From a virus (taxonomy: Duplodnaviria; Caudoviricetes), in IMG/VR virus record IMGVR_UViG_3300042108_000011, positions 1-30,943 of that record: a stretch of 30,943 bases of DNA. One strand, written 5' to 3'. The notes beneath the pieces were generated by a model that was not told where the DNA came from, searched no databases, and was given only the letters and a program-made list of their open reading frames with translations. Every line of letters begins with the position of its first letter. The first letter of the stretch is position 1. Shown here one piece after another: positions 7,938 to 17,781 of this stretch. The position numbers were made by a program, and so were the translations under genes.

Positions 7938-8600
7938 ATGACGTTTGTTTTTCCTTACCGACGCGGACGCGATGAATTCGAGATTCAACAATCAATCCGA
8001 TTCATTCGAATGTCATTCCCGAATGCGGACATTGTAACCGTTGGCGACAAGGTCGCAAACATTGACAACATTCCATGTCCACAATTCAACAACATTCGCG
8101 GTTGTGACGTGACCAATAAAATCCTAACATACGCCCGTGAACGTGGGGGTGAATTCATTTACATGAATGACGATTTCTTCGTGACCCCAAAACTTCGCGC
8201 CGACATTCCTATTCATTCCGGAAATCTTGAAATTGTGGACCAACATCCAGCGCACTATCGCGAAGCTATGTTTAACACAATTGAATTTTTAAAATATTAT
8301 GAACGTCCTTTGTGGAATTTTGAAACGCATTCCCCCGTTTTAATGGATTCCGAAAAATTACTTCAAACGTTCGAATTGATTGACTGGAAAAAATACAACC
8401 ATTTTGTAAAGTCAATTTATTTAAACATGAATTTGCCCGAATTTATCCGCAAAGGTCACAACGTTAAATTGCATCAAGACAACATCGACAAAGCTACGGA
8501 ATTGCTTCAAACCTACGGATGTTTTTCAACCAACGAAACGTTTTTGACCCCCCGCGGTCGATCGTGGATCACCAACTTGTTTTGGATTCTTGAAGCTTGA
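7938..8600 (+). CDS. Stealth-like sugar-phosphate transferase / glycosyltransferase (220 aa; alternative start 7923)
   Basis: FVFPY...EIQQSIRFI...VGDK...NKI...EFIYMNDDFFV...ETHSP resembles Stealth conserved regions (ELRYSLRS, FxYxNDDxF, HxP). Only credible plus-strand gene; fills the gap between two minus-strand genes. Confidence 0.7.
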   Translation: MTFVFPYRRGRDEFEIQQSIRFIRMSFPNADIVTVGDKVANIDNIPCPQFNNIRGCDVTNKILTYARERGGEFIYMNDDFFVTPKLRADIPIHSGNLEIVDQHPAHYREAMFNTIEFLKYYERPLWNFETHSPVLMDSEKLLQTFELIDWKKYNHFVKSIYLNMNLPEFIRKGHNVKLHQDNIDKATELLQTYGCFSTNETFLTPRGRSWITNLFWILEA

Positions 8601-11376
8601 CCTTGTTTTGCGTCGCGGAAATATCCGATTCCAAAACGAAAACTTGCGTCGATGTGGTCGGTGTTCCTTGAACGGCGCCCCCTAACAATCCAGCGGTTGC
8701 GGTTGTGTTCGGTGTTGACGTGAACGAACTTGCCGACGCCCCCGCAATGGATGAACCCGCGCCCCAGGTTGATGTTGACGGCATCGACGGGACCCCGCCC
8801 GCTTTGTATTGTTGGTTCGCAATCGCCATCGCTTGCGTAATTCCGATGACGCCAGCCGTGGCAATTCCCGCGATTCCTAATGGTGACGGAGGAGGACCAT
8901 ATTCCGCAATCGCTTTAACAATCGCCGACGCCGTATCAATTGCGACTTGACTTAATTTGATTGCCTTGTCACGGTTAAATTGCGCTTTCTTGATTTTTTC
9001 CTCTTGATTATACGCATTCAATTGAACTTGATATTTTTGCTTCGCGAAATTTTGTTCAATTTGTTTCTTTTGTTCCGCCGTCAAATTTTCCGCGTTCAAT
9101 TCCGCTTGCATTTTCGCGTCAAGGTTCGCAAGGTCTTCGTCACGATTTTTTTGCAACGAATTGATTCGCGCTTGGTCGATTTGATTGAACAAGTCATTTA
9201 ACACCTTGACGGTGTCAAGTCCCTTTTGCAATTTACCAAGCGTGTCCGTCAACCCTTTTAACTGTTCTTCGCGTGCCTTTTTATCTTGTTCCTTTATGTA
9301 ATCGTTTTTCTTTTTATTAATTTCCTTTTCCTTTTCCGCAAGTTCGTTTTGCAACTTCAATTTAGCGTTGGTAAATTGTTCCTCGGTAATTACGCCCAAT
9401 TTTAACGCCTCTTCTAAATCTTTTAATTGCGTCGCTTGTTGAATTTTCAATTCCTCAGTTTCCTTGTCGAATTCGTCGGTAATTAACAAGGTAAACATTT
9501 CGCGCAATTCCATTTTTCGCTTTTCCGTTTCCGCTAAATTCTTGATGTCTTCGTCAAGATATTTTAAATTAATTCCTTGAATATCTTTTCGCAAGTTTGT
9601 TTCCGCTTGCGTCAACAACGCCTTTTCTTCTTCGGTCAATTTGCTAATTGCGTTTTTCCGTAGGTTTGCAATTGCGGTTTCATATTCTTGACGTTTGATA
9701 CTACCTTCCGCAAAACGCTTGTCAAGTTCCGCCTTTTCTTCCTTGGTTGCACCAATTAAAAATTGTTCTTTGTAGTTATTAAATTCTTCTTGACGCAACG
9801 CTATTTCTTTTTGAATCCCCGCATCCATCCCCGCAATTTTTTGTTTTTCCGTTTCGTCCGCAAGTTTTATTTCGTTGTTGTAAAGTTTTTCAAGTTCTGA
9901 AATAACACCCTCGCGTTGTTTTCGCGCTTCGTCAATCCTTCCCTTTGTCGCTTGTTTTTGCTGGTCTTGTTGTTTTTTAAGATTGTCCGCTTGTTGTTTT
10001 TGCGCGTCCGCTTGCGCCTTTTGTTGCGCTTTTAAATCGTCGGCTTGTTGCTTTTTTACATCCGCTTCAAACACCGCAAGCGAATTCGTTGCGTCTTTTA
10101 AATCCTCTTGTGATTTGGCAAGTTCTCTTTTGCTTGTTTCAATCGCTTTGTAAAGTTCATTCAATCGCGCGATTTCCTCTTTTGAACCAAACACCGTTGT
10201 ACCTTCGCCTCGTCGCAATGTTGATTTGAACAATTCATATTGCAACGCGGTTTGTTTAACAATGTTTTCGTTTTCCTTTACCAAATCTTTACGATACTGA
10301 ATCGACGCCTTGATTCGTGCGCGCTCCAAATCGGTCGTGTTTTTTCCTTGTGCTTTTGCGAGCGCGATTTGTCGTCCGAATTGCGCGTCCTCTTTATTGA
10401 ATGAATCCGTTCGCGCTTGCATTCTTTGACGCGTCTTTTCAATTTCGCGGTCGATGTTGGCAATTTGTTGTTCGGTTCTTTTTTTGTCTTGTCTTGACAT
10501 CCCTTCGCTGGCGTTGTCGGTCAAACCAATTGCGTCCGTCAACCAATTGAAACCATCCGCAACCCAATCAATGACCCCGGACAACTTGTCAAGGTTTGCG
10601 ATTAACATTCCAACGCCAACAATCAACGCGCCTATTCCCGTGGAAATCAACGCGCCTCGTAAAACTTTCAACGCCGTCGATGTTCCGGTTGTCGCCGTTG
10701 TCATTCCAATTTTTGCGCTGGTGTTTGCTTTGGTCGATGCGGTTTCGGAATTTATCGCCGTAACCGAACCCGTCATGATAAAGTTTTGCGCTTTTTGTAG
10801 CGCGGTCCGAATTTGAATTCCGAGAATCGCCTCCTTATTTAGGTTGTTCGCAATCGTCGAAACGGCGTTAACAAGTCCTTGTGTCGCTTGCAACTTGACC
10901 ATTGTTTGCGTCAACTTTTCGTTTTCGATTCCAGTCAACGCAACCGCACTTGTGACCCCTTGGAAAACCGCGACACCCGTTCCGATTCCAGCCATTGCCG
11001 TGTCAAGTCCAACGAAATCGCTTGACAACGCCGTTGTTTGCGCTTTCAAGTCACCGATTCTATCCTTTAAATCGGACGCATTTTGTAACGCTTGCGAACC
11101 GATGGGGGATTGCGACCCGGTATTGATAGCGATGTTTTGGTATTCCTTCATGACTTGCGTCATTTCGCGCATCGACAAACCGCCCGCCTCAAGTTTTGCG
11201 TCTAATTCCGCCAGCTTTTGCGCGTATGCATCCAAACCGCTATTGTCTTTTGCGGTTGTTTGTGCTTTTTGTAAATCCTTGTCAAGGTCTTTTACGGCTT
11301 TATCCGCGTTTTGTAAATCTTGAACGGAATTCCCGGTGTTAACTTGTACGGTAAAAATTGCTTGTTTTTCAGCCAT
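8569..11376 (-). CDS. Tail tape measure protein
   Basis: 935 aa, Ala/Gln/Lys-rich coiled coil with hydrophobic Gly/Ala segments (STGIGALIVGVG); C-terminal QVFVLESDI. Confidence 0.85.
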   Translation of the reverse strand: MAEKQAIFTVQVNTGNSVQDLQNADKAVKDLDKDLQKAQTTAKDNSGLDAYAQKLAELDAKLEAGGLSMREMTQVMKEYQNIAINTGSQSPIGSQALQNASDLKDRIGDLKAQTTALSSDFVGLDTAMAGIGTGVAVFQGVTSAVALTGIENEKLTQTMVKLQATQGLVNAVSTIANNLNKEAILGIQIRTALQKAQNFIMTGSVTAINSETASTKANTSAKIGMTTATTGTSTALKVLRGALISTGIGALIVGVGMLIANLDKLSGVIDWVADGFNWLTDAIGLTDNASEGMSRQDKKRTEQQIANIDREIEKTRQRMQARTDSFNKEDAQFGRQIALAKAQGKNTTDLERARIKASIQYRKDLVKENENIVKQTALQYELFKSTLRRGEGTTVFGSKEEIARLNELYKAIETSKRELAKSQEDLKDATNSLAVFEADVKKQQADDLKAQQKAQADAQKQQADNLKKQQDQQKQATKGRIDEARKQREGVISELEKLYNNEIKLADETEKQKIAGMDAGIQKEIALRQEEFNNYKEQFLIGATKEEKAELDKRFAEGSIKRQEYETAIANLRKNAISKLTEEEKALLTQAETNLRKDIQGINLKYLDEDIKNLAETEKRKMELREMFTLLITDEFDKETEELKIQQATQLKDLEEALKLGVITEEQFTNAKLKLQNELAEKEKEINKKKNDYIKEQDKKAREEQLKGLTDTLGKLQKGLDTVKVLNDLFNQIDQARINSLQKNRDEDLANLDAKMQAELNAENLTAEQKKQIEQNFAKQKYQVQLNAYNQEEKIKKAQFNRDKAIKLSQVAIDTASAIVKAIAEYGPPPSPLGIAGIATAGVIGITQAMAIANQQYKAGGVPSMPSTSTWGAGSSIAGASASSFTSTPNTTATAGLLGGAVQGTPTTSTQVFVLESDISATQNKVKLQESKTSW

Positions 11377-11379
11377 TTT

Positions 11380-13665
11380 TTATTTAATTATGTTTTCTTC
11401 ATTCTCATTAATTGGACGACCTTCGCCTTCGCCCGGATCACTTCCAGTCCCTTCGCCTTGGATCAATCGCAACAATTCAACTTGCGTTGTTCGTTCCTTG
11501 GTCGAATCGTAATCGCTTATTTTTTGCAATCGGTAAACAACGCCGTTGATGTTGATTAGATTCCTAAAATCAAGCGCGTTAATTATTGACGTGTCAATCT
11601 TTACAAAACAAGTCAAAAGTTTACCATACCTTGAAACCAATTCTTGAATAAACGTGTTGTGGTAATTCAACAAATTGTTGTTTGTGTACGTCAAAGCTGG
11701 GTAATAAACAATTTGAGGAACACCGAAATTCAAATCAAACGTTGGCGTGTCGATGTCGTCAAGGTGTCCAACATACGGGTATTGAATTAAATTGTGCTGG
11801 GTGTTGAATTCGTCATGATATTTCCACGTCGCGTTTCTCATTGCTCCCAAATTAACAATGAACGCCGTTCCTTTTTTCGGGACCTTTTGCCCGTTTGCGT
11901 TGTCGTCAAGGTTGATTTGAAAAGCGCATGGAACAATCAAGTCCGGATGAATTTCAACTAATGGTTTTTGACTGAATGGTAACGCCATGTTGGTCACTTC
12001 GGTCGCGTATTGCGATTGACTTAATATGGCGAATTCGCCGTAATTGGTCAAGTATTCGTTTTGATATTGGTCGTTGTAATAATCTTCGTCTTGTTTGAAT
12101 TCAAAATTATATTCCTTGGACGCGTAATTAATTGTTGGCGTAACTTGTAATTCTTGCGAATAGTCAACCAATTGCGTCCAGTCAAGCGCGTTTTGTGACC
12201 CGTTGTAAAATTCGGACAATGGTTCAATTTCCAAAACGGTCGGATCAAACGTTGACGGCTTTATCATTAAGTTGAACATCGTTGTCAATCCCTTCAAAAA
12301 TACATCGCCCGTCATGTCGGGCAAAAACGAACCAATCGCAACCGTTCCACCTGGGACAAGTTCTTGAATCGACTTGTTGAAATTTACTTGCGTTGTCAAC
12401 GTTTGCAATCCGATTGTTCGCGTCAATGTTGGCGATCCCAACGATTGCGCGTTTTTGATTTGCAAATTAACTTGAAAAGTAAAGACGTCGTTTATCGCGC
12501 AATTCAATTGCCGTGAATAAGTGAATGTAAATAAGTTCGAATAATTTCCAAAAATGGTCGATGCCGTATCTTGATAAATAATATCATTCGACACAACCGT
12601 TCCGTTCTTTAAAATCGACAAACGAAATTCTACGTTGAAATAATGTTGCGCTAATTGGTCAAAGGTAATGTCAAGTTGATGTTGACCATTGTATTCGACC
12701 GTATACAATCCATTCGTTCCCGCCGTAATCGACAACGGTGTTGTGGATGTTGCTTGTCCAAGCGGATCGACCACACCAACCACGTCGACGTTGTCGTTCG
12801 TGTTCGTGTCGTTCCAGTAAATCAACCCCGCCCCGCCTATTCCGAACGTTTGTCCATAAATAATGTAACCGCCCGCGTTGTTGTTTTCATAAGATTGAAC
12901 CGAATCGTTCAACGCTTGCGCTGGGGTGATCGTTGGAAAATTCCCGCCATAATAGGCAACCAATAATTTTTTAAACAATTGACTTTCGATGAAATTCGAT
13001 TGCCATGTAATGCCAACGTAATCGAATAACTTTTTCAATATTCCGTAAACAAAAACTTGCGGGGGTATTTGGTCGCAATCGAATTTGTCGGACGTTGGTC
13101 GCGGGTATCCGTAATCAATCAACCCATAATAGTAACCCTCCCCGTTCCAGTCCATGCCCGTCATGATTGACGTTGAAACACCGTTGATTTGGTTGAACCC
13201 CGTCCATGTTTCGGTTTGATTCGCCATTGTCAACGCATGGTTGTATTCCGAAAAATCAAGTTCGTTTATTTTTACCTTATTCAATCGACCAATGTAATCA
13301 ATGGTATCTGACACCAATGTCACGTCAAAATTCCAAGTTCCGTTTTTCAGCTTGCATTCTTGTAATTGTGCAACCCCGTTGAATTCCAAAATACCGTTGT
13401 TATAATAACGCGCCGTCGCTTTGACGCTTGGGTCAAAATCAAGGAAAGCGGAATTCGTGGATGTTGTGTCGTCGGTGTATGTCAATAAGAATATTGAACG
13501 GAAAATTGCACAATTCGAATTCGTTCCGGGAATGGTAATCGTTTTCGATTTGTTCCCTTTTCTCGAACTCAAATCGCGGATGTCCGAAATATTGAACGTC
13601 AACGGAAACGGTAACGTTTCGTCGATGTCAATCAATCGGTTGTTGATGTAAAGTTCGCCAGCCAT
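11380..13665 (-). CDS. Minor tail (tail tip/hub) protein with a variable beta-rich middle region
   Basis: 761 aa; N-terminal PLTFNISDI...SKTITIPGT..N, C-terminal DFRNLININGVVYRLQKISDY; Asn/Thr/Gly-rich insert. Confidence 0.7.
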   Translation of the reverse strand: MAGELYINNRLIDIDETLPFPLTFNISDIRDLSSRKGNKSKTITIPGTNSNCAIFRSIFLLTYTDDTTSTNSAFLDFDPSVKATARYYNNGILEFNGVAQLQECKLKNGTWNFDVTLVSDTIDYIGRLNKVKINELDFSEYNHALTMANQTETWTGFNQINGVSTSIMTGMDWNGEGYYYGLIDYGYPRPTSDKFDCDQIPPQVFVYGILKKLFDYVGITWQSNFIESQLFKKLLVAYYGGNFPTITPAQALNDSVQSYENNNAGGYIIYGQTFGIGGAGLIYWNDTNTNDNVDVVGVVDPLGQATSTTPLSITAGTNGLYTVEYNGQHQLDITFDQLAQHYFNVEFRLSILKNGTVVSNDIIYQDTASTIFGNYSNLFTFTYSRQLNCAINDVFTFQVNLQIKNAQSLGSPTLTRTIGLQTLTTQVNFNKSIQELVPGGTVAIGSFLPDMTGDVFLKGLTTMFNLMIKPSTFDPTVLEIEPLSEFYNGSQNALDWTQLVDYSQELQVTPTINYASKEYNFEFKQDEDYYNDQYQNEYLTNYGEFAILSQSQYATEVTNMALPFSQKPLVEIHPDLIVPCAFQINLDDNANGQKVPKKGTAFIVNLGAMRNATWKYHDEFNTQHNLIQYPYVGHLDDIDTPTFDLNFGVPQIVYYPALTYTNNNLLNYHNTFIQELVSRYGKLLTCFVKIDTSIINALDFRNLININGVVYRLQKISDYDSTKERTTQVELLRLIQGEGTGSDPGEGEGRPINENEENIIK

Positions 13666-14879
13666 TAAACCAATTGTGAATTGTAAGTGTACGTTCTCTG
13701 AATGTTCACGACTTCGCGAATCAATCCGTCAACGCGACGTTGTCGCAACGTGTAATCGCCATTCGTAATTTTGACCGGTTCGAACGCGCCAGGTGTAACC
13801 TCCAAATAAACTTTGGGCGATTCATATAAATCGCGGACCAACCAATTTTGAAAAGATTCGTGCATCCAGTCCGAATTCAAAACAAGGATGTCGGTTGAAT
13901 ACTTGTTGAATGCCATTTGTTCACCGTGGTATTTTGAGTAGTTCCATGCCGTTCCATTGGTTGACCATTCCCCACGTTCGCGCTGGTAATCGCTTGTTAT
14001 AACTTGCGACGAATCAACCGATACAAGTGTGAACGTATACGAATCCCAACCGCCCAATTTATTCAACCAATGTAGACGGCGCGTTTCGTATCGGTGACAT
14101 TCCGTATCAATCCAAAATGTAAAGATTTCAGACAATCCCGAAAACGTTCCGATGTTCAACGCTTGAACTCTTATTGTATAATAAGCGCACGCTTGAAAAT
14201 TAGCCAGCGTGACCGTTGTGTTTGCAATTAGGTTGTTCGGTGACGCGTCAATTACCACAAGATTGTTGACCGAAATGGTCGCGTTGTAACTAACTATTGA
14301 CGCCCCGGTAATGTCGTAAAGTTCCAAAAAGAAATCAAGGGACGGTTTGGATCGTGTTAAAAATGTAAGGAATACCGATTCATTCAATCCGACAAAATAT
14401 TTTCGCGCCCTTGGAAAATCGGTTAAAAATAAAATGTTGCCCGAATTTGGATTCGTTCGAGTAACCGAATAATTTAGTTCGTTGTATGTAATGAAATCCG
14501 GGTGTCGCAAGGATGCGTTCCATCCAGTTCGTAAAGACGACGTAACAACCGACAACGGAATAATGGTCGCGGGTGTTCCGTACTTTTCAAATATCTTTAT
14601 TTCGACCGTTGCAAAAGCCGTGTCGTAAAAAGTCAAAAGCGCGCCCGTCGTTACCATTTCGGACGTCAATAAACAACGCAAGTCACCCGACGCGTCAAAC
14701 TTCGCATAATTCAAAGATTCGTTGAAAACTTGATGCGTTGAAACAAGCGCGCCGTCAACGTACAATTCAACGATGAACGAAAAATTCGGTTGTGCGGTTT
14801 GCGTCGATTCGAAAACCCAAACGTATGGATTGCACGCTGGTTGAAAAAATTGAGGTTCTTGTGTGATTGTTATTGCCAT
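13665..14879 (-). CDS. Minor tail protein
   Basis: 404 aa beta-rich; WLNKLGGWDSYTF and LYESPKVY motifs; translationally coupled to both neighbours. Confidence 0.65.
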   Translation of the reverse strand: MAITITQEPQFFQPACNPYVWVFESTQTAQPNFSFIVELYVDGALVSTHQVFNESLNYAKFDASGDLRCLLTSEMVTTGALLTFYDTAFATVEIKIFEKYGTPATIIPLSVVTSSLRTGWNASLRHPDFITYNELNYSVTRTNPNSGNILFLTDFPRARKYFVGLNESVFLTFLTRSKPSLDFFLELYDITGASIVSYNATISVNNLVVIDASPNNLIANTTVTLANFQACAYYTIRVQALNIGTFSGLSEIFTFWIDTECHRYETRRLHWLNKLGGWDSYTFTLVSVDSSQVITSDYQRERGEWSTNGTAWNYSKYHGEQMAFNKYSTDILVLNSDWMHESFQNWLVRDLYESPKVYLEVTPGAFEPVKITNGDYTLRQRRVDGLIREVVNIQRTYTYNSQLV

Positions 14880-15391
14880 TTTTCCGTGGTCTTTTCAAAG
14901 TTTATTTCAAATGTTAATCCCGTCACTTCGCTTAAATCCTTGGCGATGCGTTCCAACACGTCGTCGGTTATAACCGAATCCGTAATGTTTTTCGGTCGCA
15001 ACCCTCGTTGTTTTATGTTCGATGCAACCGCGAACGCGTGCGACATTTCCAAACCTTTCCATTCACTTATTGCCGTTGCCATGTTATAACCGACAAACGG
15101 TGTCTTGAATGAAAATTGACTACCTACATTCGACGCGATTCCGTTGACCCCTTGATCCACGAACTTATAATAAAAGTCCGCTTGTATTTCAAACGACAAC
15201 GCCCCCGTCGGGAAATAAACAACCGATTGCGCCAACGCCCCAGTATTGTTTGCGTTTTGTGTTATGTAATCTCGAAGGTCTTTGGTAATCTTGTTACCTA
15301 CGTCAAGAATGAATTTTTCGTAAACGTTCGACGGATTTTCCGCATCTTGAACCGACACCCCGAATTCATCAAGAAAATCGAATTCAGCCAT
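14870..15391 (-). CDS. Putative neck / tail completion protein
   Basis: 173 aa; TGALAQSV, YKFVDQGVNG, IKQRGLRPK motifs resemble HK97 gp10-like proteins. Confidence 0.55.
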   Translation of the reverse strand: MAEFDFLDEFGVSVQDAENPSNVYEKFILDVGNKITKDLRDYITQNANNTGALAQSVVYFPTGALSFEIQADFYYKFVDQGVNGIASNVGSQFSFKTPFVGYNMATAISEWKGLEMSHAFAVASNIKQRGLRPKNITDSVITDDVLERIAKDLSEVTGLTFEINFEKTTEKWQ

Positions 15392-15650
15392 TGCGCGATT
15401 GTTTAGCTAATATGTAATCTTGTTCGTCTTTTAATTTTAGGTAGTTGATCCAAAATAAGGTTTCAATGTATGGTCGTTTAGTAATTTCATTAATTGGTCG
15501 TCCGAATTCAGTTCCCAATCGATGAAGGACCTTGGTCCATGTGAACCATTCGTTGTCCTTAATTTCGTTTCGATTTGTTTCGTCATCAACATCGCTTTCA
15601 AGGTCTGAATCCCCAAGATAGCGTTGCTCCGCTTTTCGGATTCGAGCAAA
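15384..15650 (-). CDS. -1 frameshift extension of the tail chaperone gene (88 aa; fusion about 261 aa)
   Basis: Frame with no ATG, open from the T9 run to a TGA that overlaps the next ATG: FARIRKAEQRYLGDSDLESDVDDETNRNEIKDNEWFTWTKVLHRLGTEFGRPINEITKRPYIETLFWINYLKLKDEQDYILAKQSRNG*. Confidence 0.7.
   Translation of the reverse strand, partial: FARIRKAEQRYLGDSDLESDVDDETNRNEIKDNEWFTWTKVLHRLGTEFGRPINEITKRPYIETLFWINYLKLKDEQDYILAKQSRNG
15408..15426 (-). promoter_or_regulatory. Phage late-promoter-like motif, copy upstream of the tail genes
   Basis: CGAACAA-GATT-ACATATTA, 16 nt before the ATG at 15391. Confidence 0.65.
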
Positions 15651-16168
15651 AAAAAACCAAAGAAATTCATAAATTCAACCCCATCGAATTGTTCTTTAAA
15701 TACTTCGTAACGTTTCACGTTCGGATTCAGCACCCGCCCGCGTTCGTCTTCTTGACAATACTCCATCCCTTTTTCAATGTAGCAAATCGCCAGCGCTTGA
15801 CATGGATCGCTTGAAATGTCTTCGATTAATTTCAAGTCAATGATTTGTCCCGTCGAAATATATTCAAAGTTTTTTTCGAATACATACGTTTGACCTTTGA
15901 TTGTTATTTCACCCGTCGGTTCTTTGTATTCATACGACGAAAGCAATTTGAATAAATGCTTGGACAATTCTTGAACGTCGGCAACGTTTATTTTCTTGAC
16001 CTTGTTTAATGGAATCCCCGAAAAAATAGAAATCAATTGACATTGAAAATCAAGCATTCGGAATAAGTCCTCGTCGGTCTTTTCTTTAATGACATCCGCC
16101 AGCATCAACCATTTGGTCAATTGTTCCGGACGGCATTCGTTCAATGTTGCGGGCAAAGTTATTTTCAT
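15437..16168 (-). CDS. Putative tail assembly chaperone (0-frame product, 243 aa)
   Basis: ATGA-coupled to TerL; ISTGQIIDL motif; contains the slippery GGT TTT TTT TTG. Confidence 0.6.
   Translation of the reverse strand: MKITLPATLNECRPEQLTKWLMLADVIKEKTDEDLFRMLDFQCQLISIFSGIPLNKVKKINVADVQELSKHLFKLLSSYEYKEPTGEITIKGQTYVFEKNFEYISTGQIIDLKLIEDISSDPCQALAICYIEKGMEYCQEDERGRVLNPNVKRYEVFKEQFDGVEFMNFFGFFLLESEKRSNAILGIQTLKAMLMTKQIETKLRTTNGSHGPRSFIDWELNSDDQLMKLLNDHTLKPYFGSTT
15648..15656 (-). other. Slippery T9 run (T TTT TTT), candidate programmed -1 frameshift site
   Basis: A9 on the plus strand at 15648-15656, in X XXY YYZ register with the chaperone frame. Confidence 0.65.
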
Positions 16169-17367
16169 AATCGCATTGTTTGATATTTCCCTTTGTGTTT
16201 ATTCGTCTTCAAAGAATGGACCGCAAGCGCCAACGAAATGACACCGTCATCGTGCAATCCGACTGGTGCGCTATATTGAACGCCCCTTGTGTTTGGATTG
16301 TAAATGTAAGTAAAAGAATCCAGTTCGTCAAGCAACCAACCAACATCGTTCACACGAATGTTCCGTTGCTCAAATGACAATGCAAGGTCCTCGATTAATT
16401 GCGGTTTGCTTTTCGACGTGGTAACGAATGGAACTATTTTCCCCGGTAATTTCTTCGAAAGCATTTCCGCGAAAACATCCCCTTGGTTGTTTACTTCGAC
16501 CGTTGTAATCGCGTTGTAATTACGAATCAAGTCCGCGACCTTGTCAATGATTCGCGACCAGTCATCATGTCGCCAACGTTGAACCGTTACCATTTCGCCC
16601 CGTTCGTTCAAGATAGTTAATACCGTGTAATCGTCCGCGCGTCCGATGTCAAGTCCGCCGTAATTACGCGACGAACGTTCACCGTGTCCGATACATTGAC
16701 GAACGCCCTTGAATAATCCGCCAGCATTGTCGAGGAATTCCGCAAGGTATTCTTGTTTGAAAACGTGTTCGGGTAATGAACGACGCCGTTCGTCTAATTC
16801 CTTGGGATCAATCAACGGATTGTCGTAACTGGTGAAATGGAAATATTTATATCGGTCATCATAGTTTGGTTGCAAGCAAACACGATGAAAATGATTTTTG
16901 CCTTTCGGCGTTGAAATAAACAAAACCTTTTTGCCCTTAACCATAACCGTCGCGCTCAAAACTTCGTCCCATAGTTCGGGACGCGTGAATGCGAATTCAT
17001 CAATCACCATGTAATTGAATGTATTTCCTCGGATGTTGTCGGGACGTTCCCCGGAAAAGAATTCAATCGACGAACCGAATCCAGTAATTCGCAAATCTGA
17101 TTTGTTGAATTCAAATAACCCCGACTTCGAAACCGCCCGTTCCATTTCCGCGAAAACTTTTTTCCCTTGTTTGTAGACGGGTGTCACCCATGCAATCGAA
17201 CAACCTCGATCGTTGATTGCCCACCACAACAACTGGTTGATTCCAAGTAAAGTTTTTCCAAATTGCCGACCAATGTTCAAGGCATAATATTTTTCGTGAC
17301 CTTGGTTGATTGCTCGATGTATTTCAAGCTGGCGTGAATGCGGTTTGTATCCCTTAATCGTTGACAT
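16165..17367 (-). CDS. terL: Terminase large subunit (400 aa)
   Basis: Walker A GRQFGKT, Walker B VIDEFA, ISTPKG, nuclease GLDIG..DYT and HDD. Start refined to ATG 17367. Confidence 0.95.
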   Translation of the reverse strand: MSTIKGYKPHSRQLEIHRAINQGHEKYYALNIGRQFGKTLLGINQLLWWAINDRGCSIAWVTPVYKQGKKVFAEMERAVSKSGLFEFNKSDLRITGFGSSIEFFSGERPDNIRGNTFNYMVIDEFAFTRPELWDEVLSATVMVKGKKVLFISTPKGKNHFHRVCLQPNYDDRYKYFHFTSYDNPLIDPKELDERRRSLPEHVFKQEYLAEFLDNAGGLFKGVRQCIGHGERSSRNYGGLDIGRADDYTVLTILNERGEMVTVQRWRHDDWSRIIDKVADLIRNYNAITTVEVNNQGDVFAEMLSKKLPGKIVPFVTTSKSKPQLIEDLALSFEQRNIRVNDVGWLLDELDSFTYIYNPNTRGVQYSAPVGLHDDGVISLALAVHSLKTNKHKGKYQTMRL

Positions 17368-17761
17368 CGAAATCAAAGCGTTCAACATTCCGCGTTTCGA
17401 CTTGCTGGCGGTCGTGCATTCCTAATTTGTTCTTTGCATAGAAAATTCCCTTGCCTTCGTTGGCAACAATGTCACGCGCTAATGAATTGAAAACTTCGTC
17501 AATGCTTTTTATAGTGTCAAACAATGGATGTGTTTCATCTTTCATGGCAATATACCAATTGCCTCGTGTGTAGAAATCAAAATGTTCCCTCCGCAACCAA
17601 TGTAAAAGAAAATACGACACGGTCGGAATGTGACGTTCACGAACTTGTTTAACCCCCGAATTCGTGGCGATTTCTTTTGTCGATGCGATACAATAATCGC
17701 AATAGCGATACGCCATTGTCATCAATTCGTCTTTATCAATATTTCGGTGTTTGTTTGCCAT
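17354..17761 (-). CDS. terS: Terminase small subunit / DNA packaging protein
   Basis: 135 aa directly upstream of TerL; IFYAKNKLGMHDRQQVE C-terminal motif. Confidence 0.75.
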   Translation of the reverse strand: MANKHRNIDKDELMTMAYRYCDYCIASTKEIATNSGVKQVRERHIPTVSYFLLHWLRREHFDFYTRGNWYIAMKDETHPLFDTIKSIDEVFNSLARDIVANEGKGIFYAKNKLGMHDRQQVETRNVERFDFDVND

Positions 17762-17781
17762 AAAAATATAGTTGTGCCAAA

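Noticed and set aside
9950-10060. Gln/Lys/Ala quasi-repeats in the tape measure
   Set aside because: Ordinary low-complexity coiled coil for this protein class.
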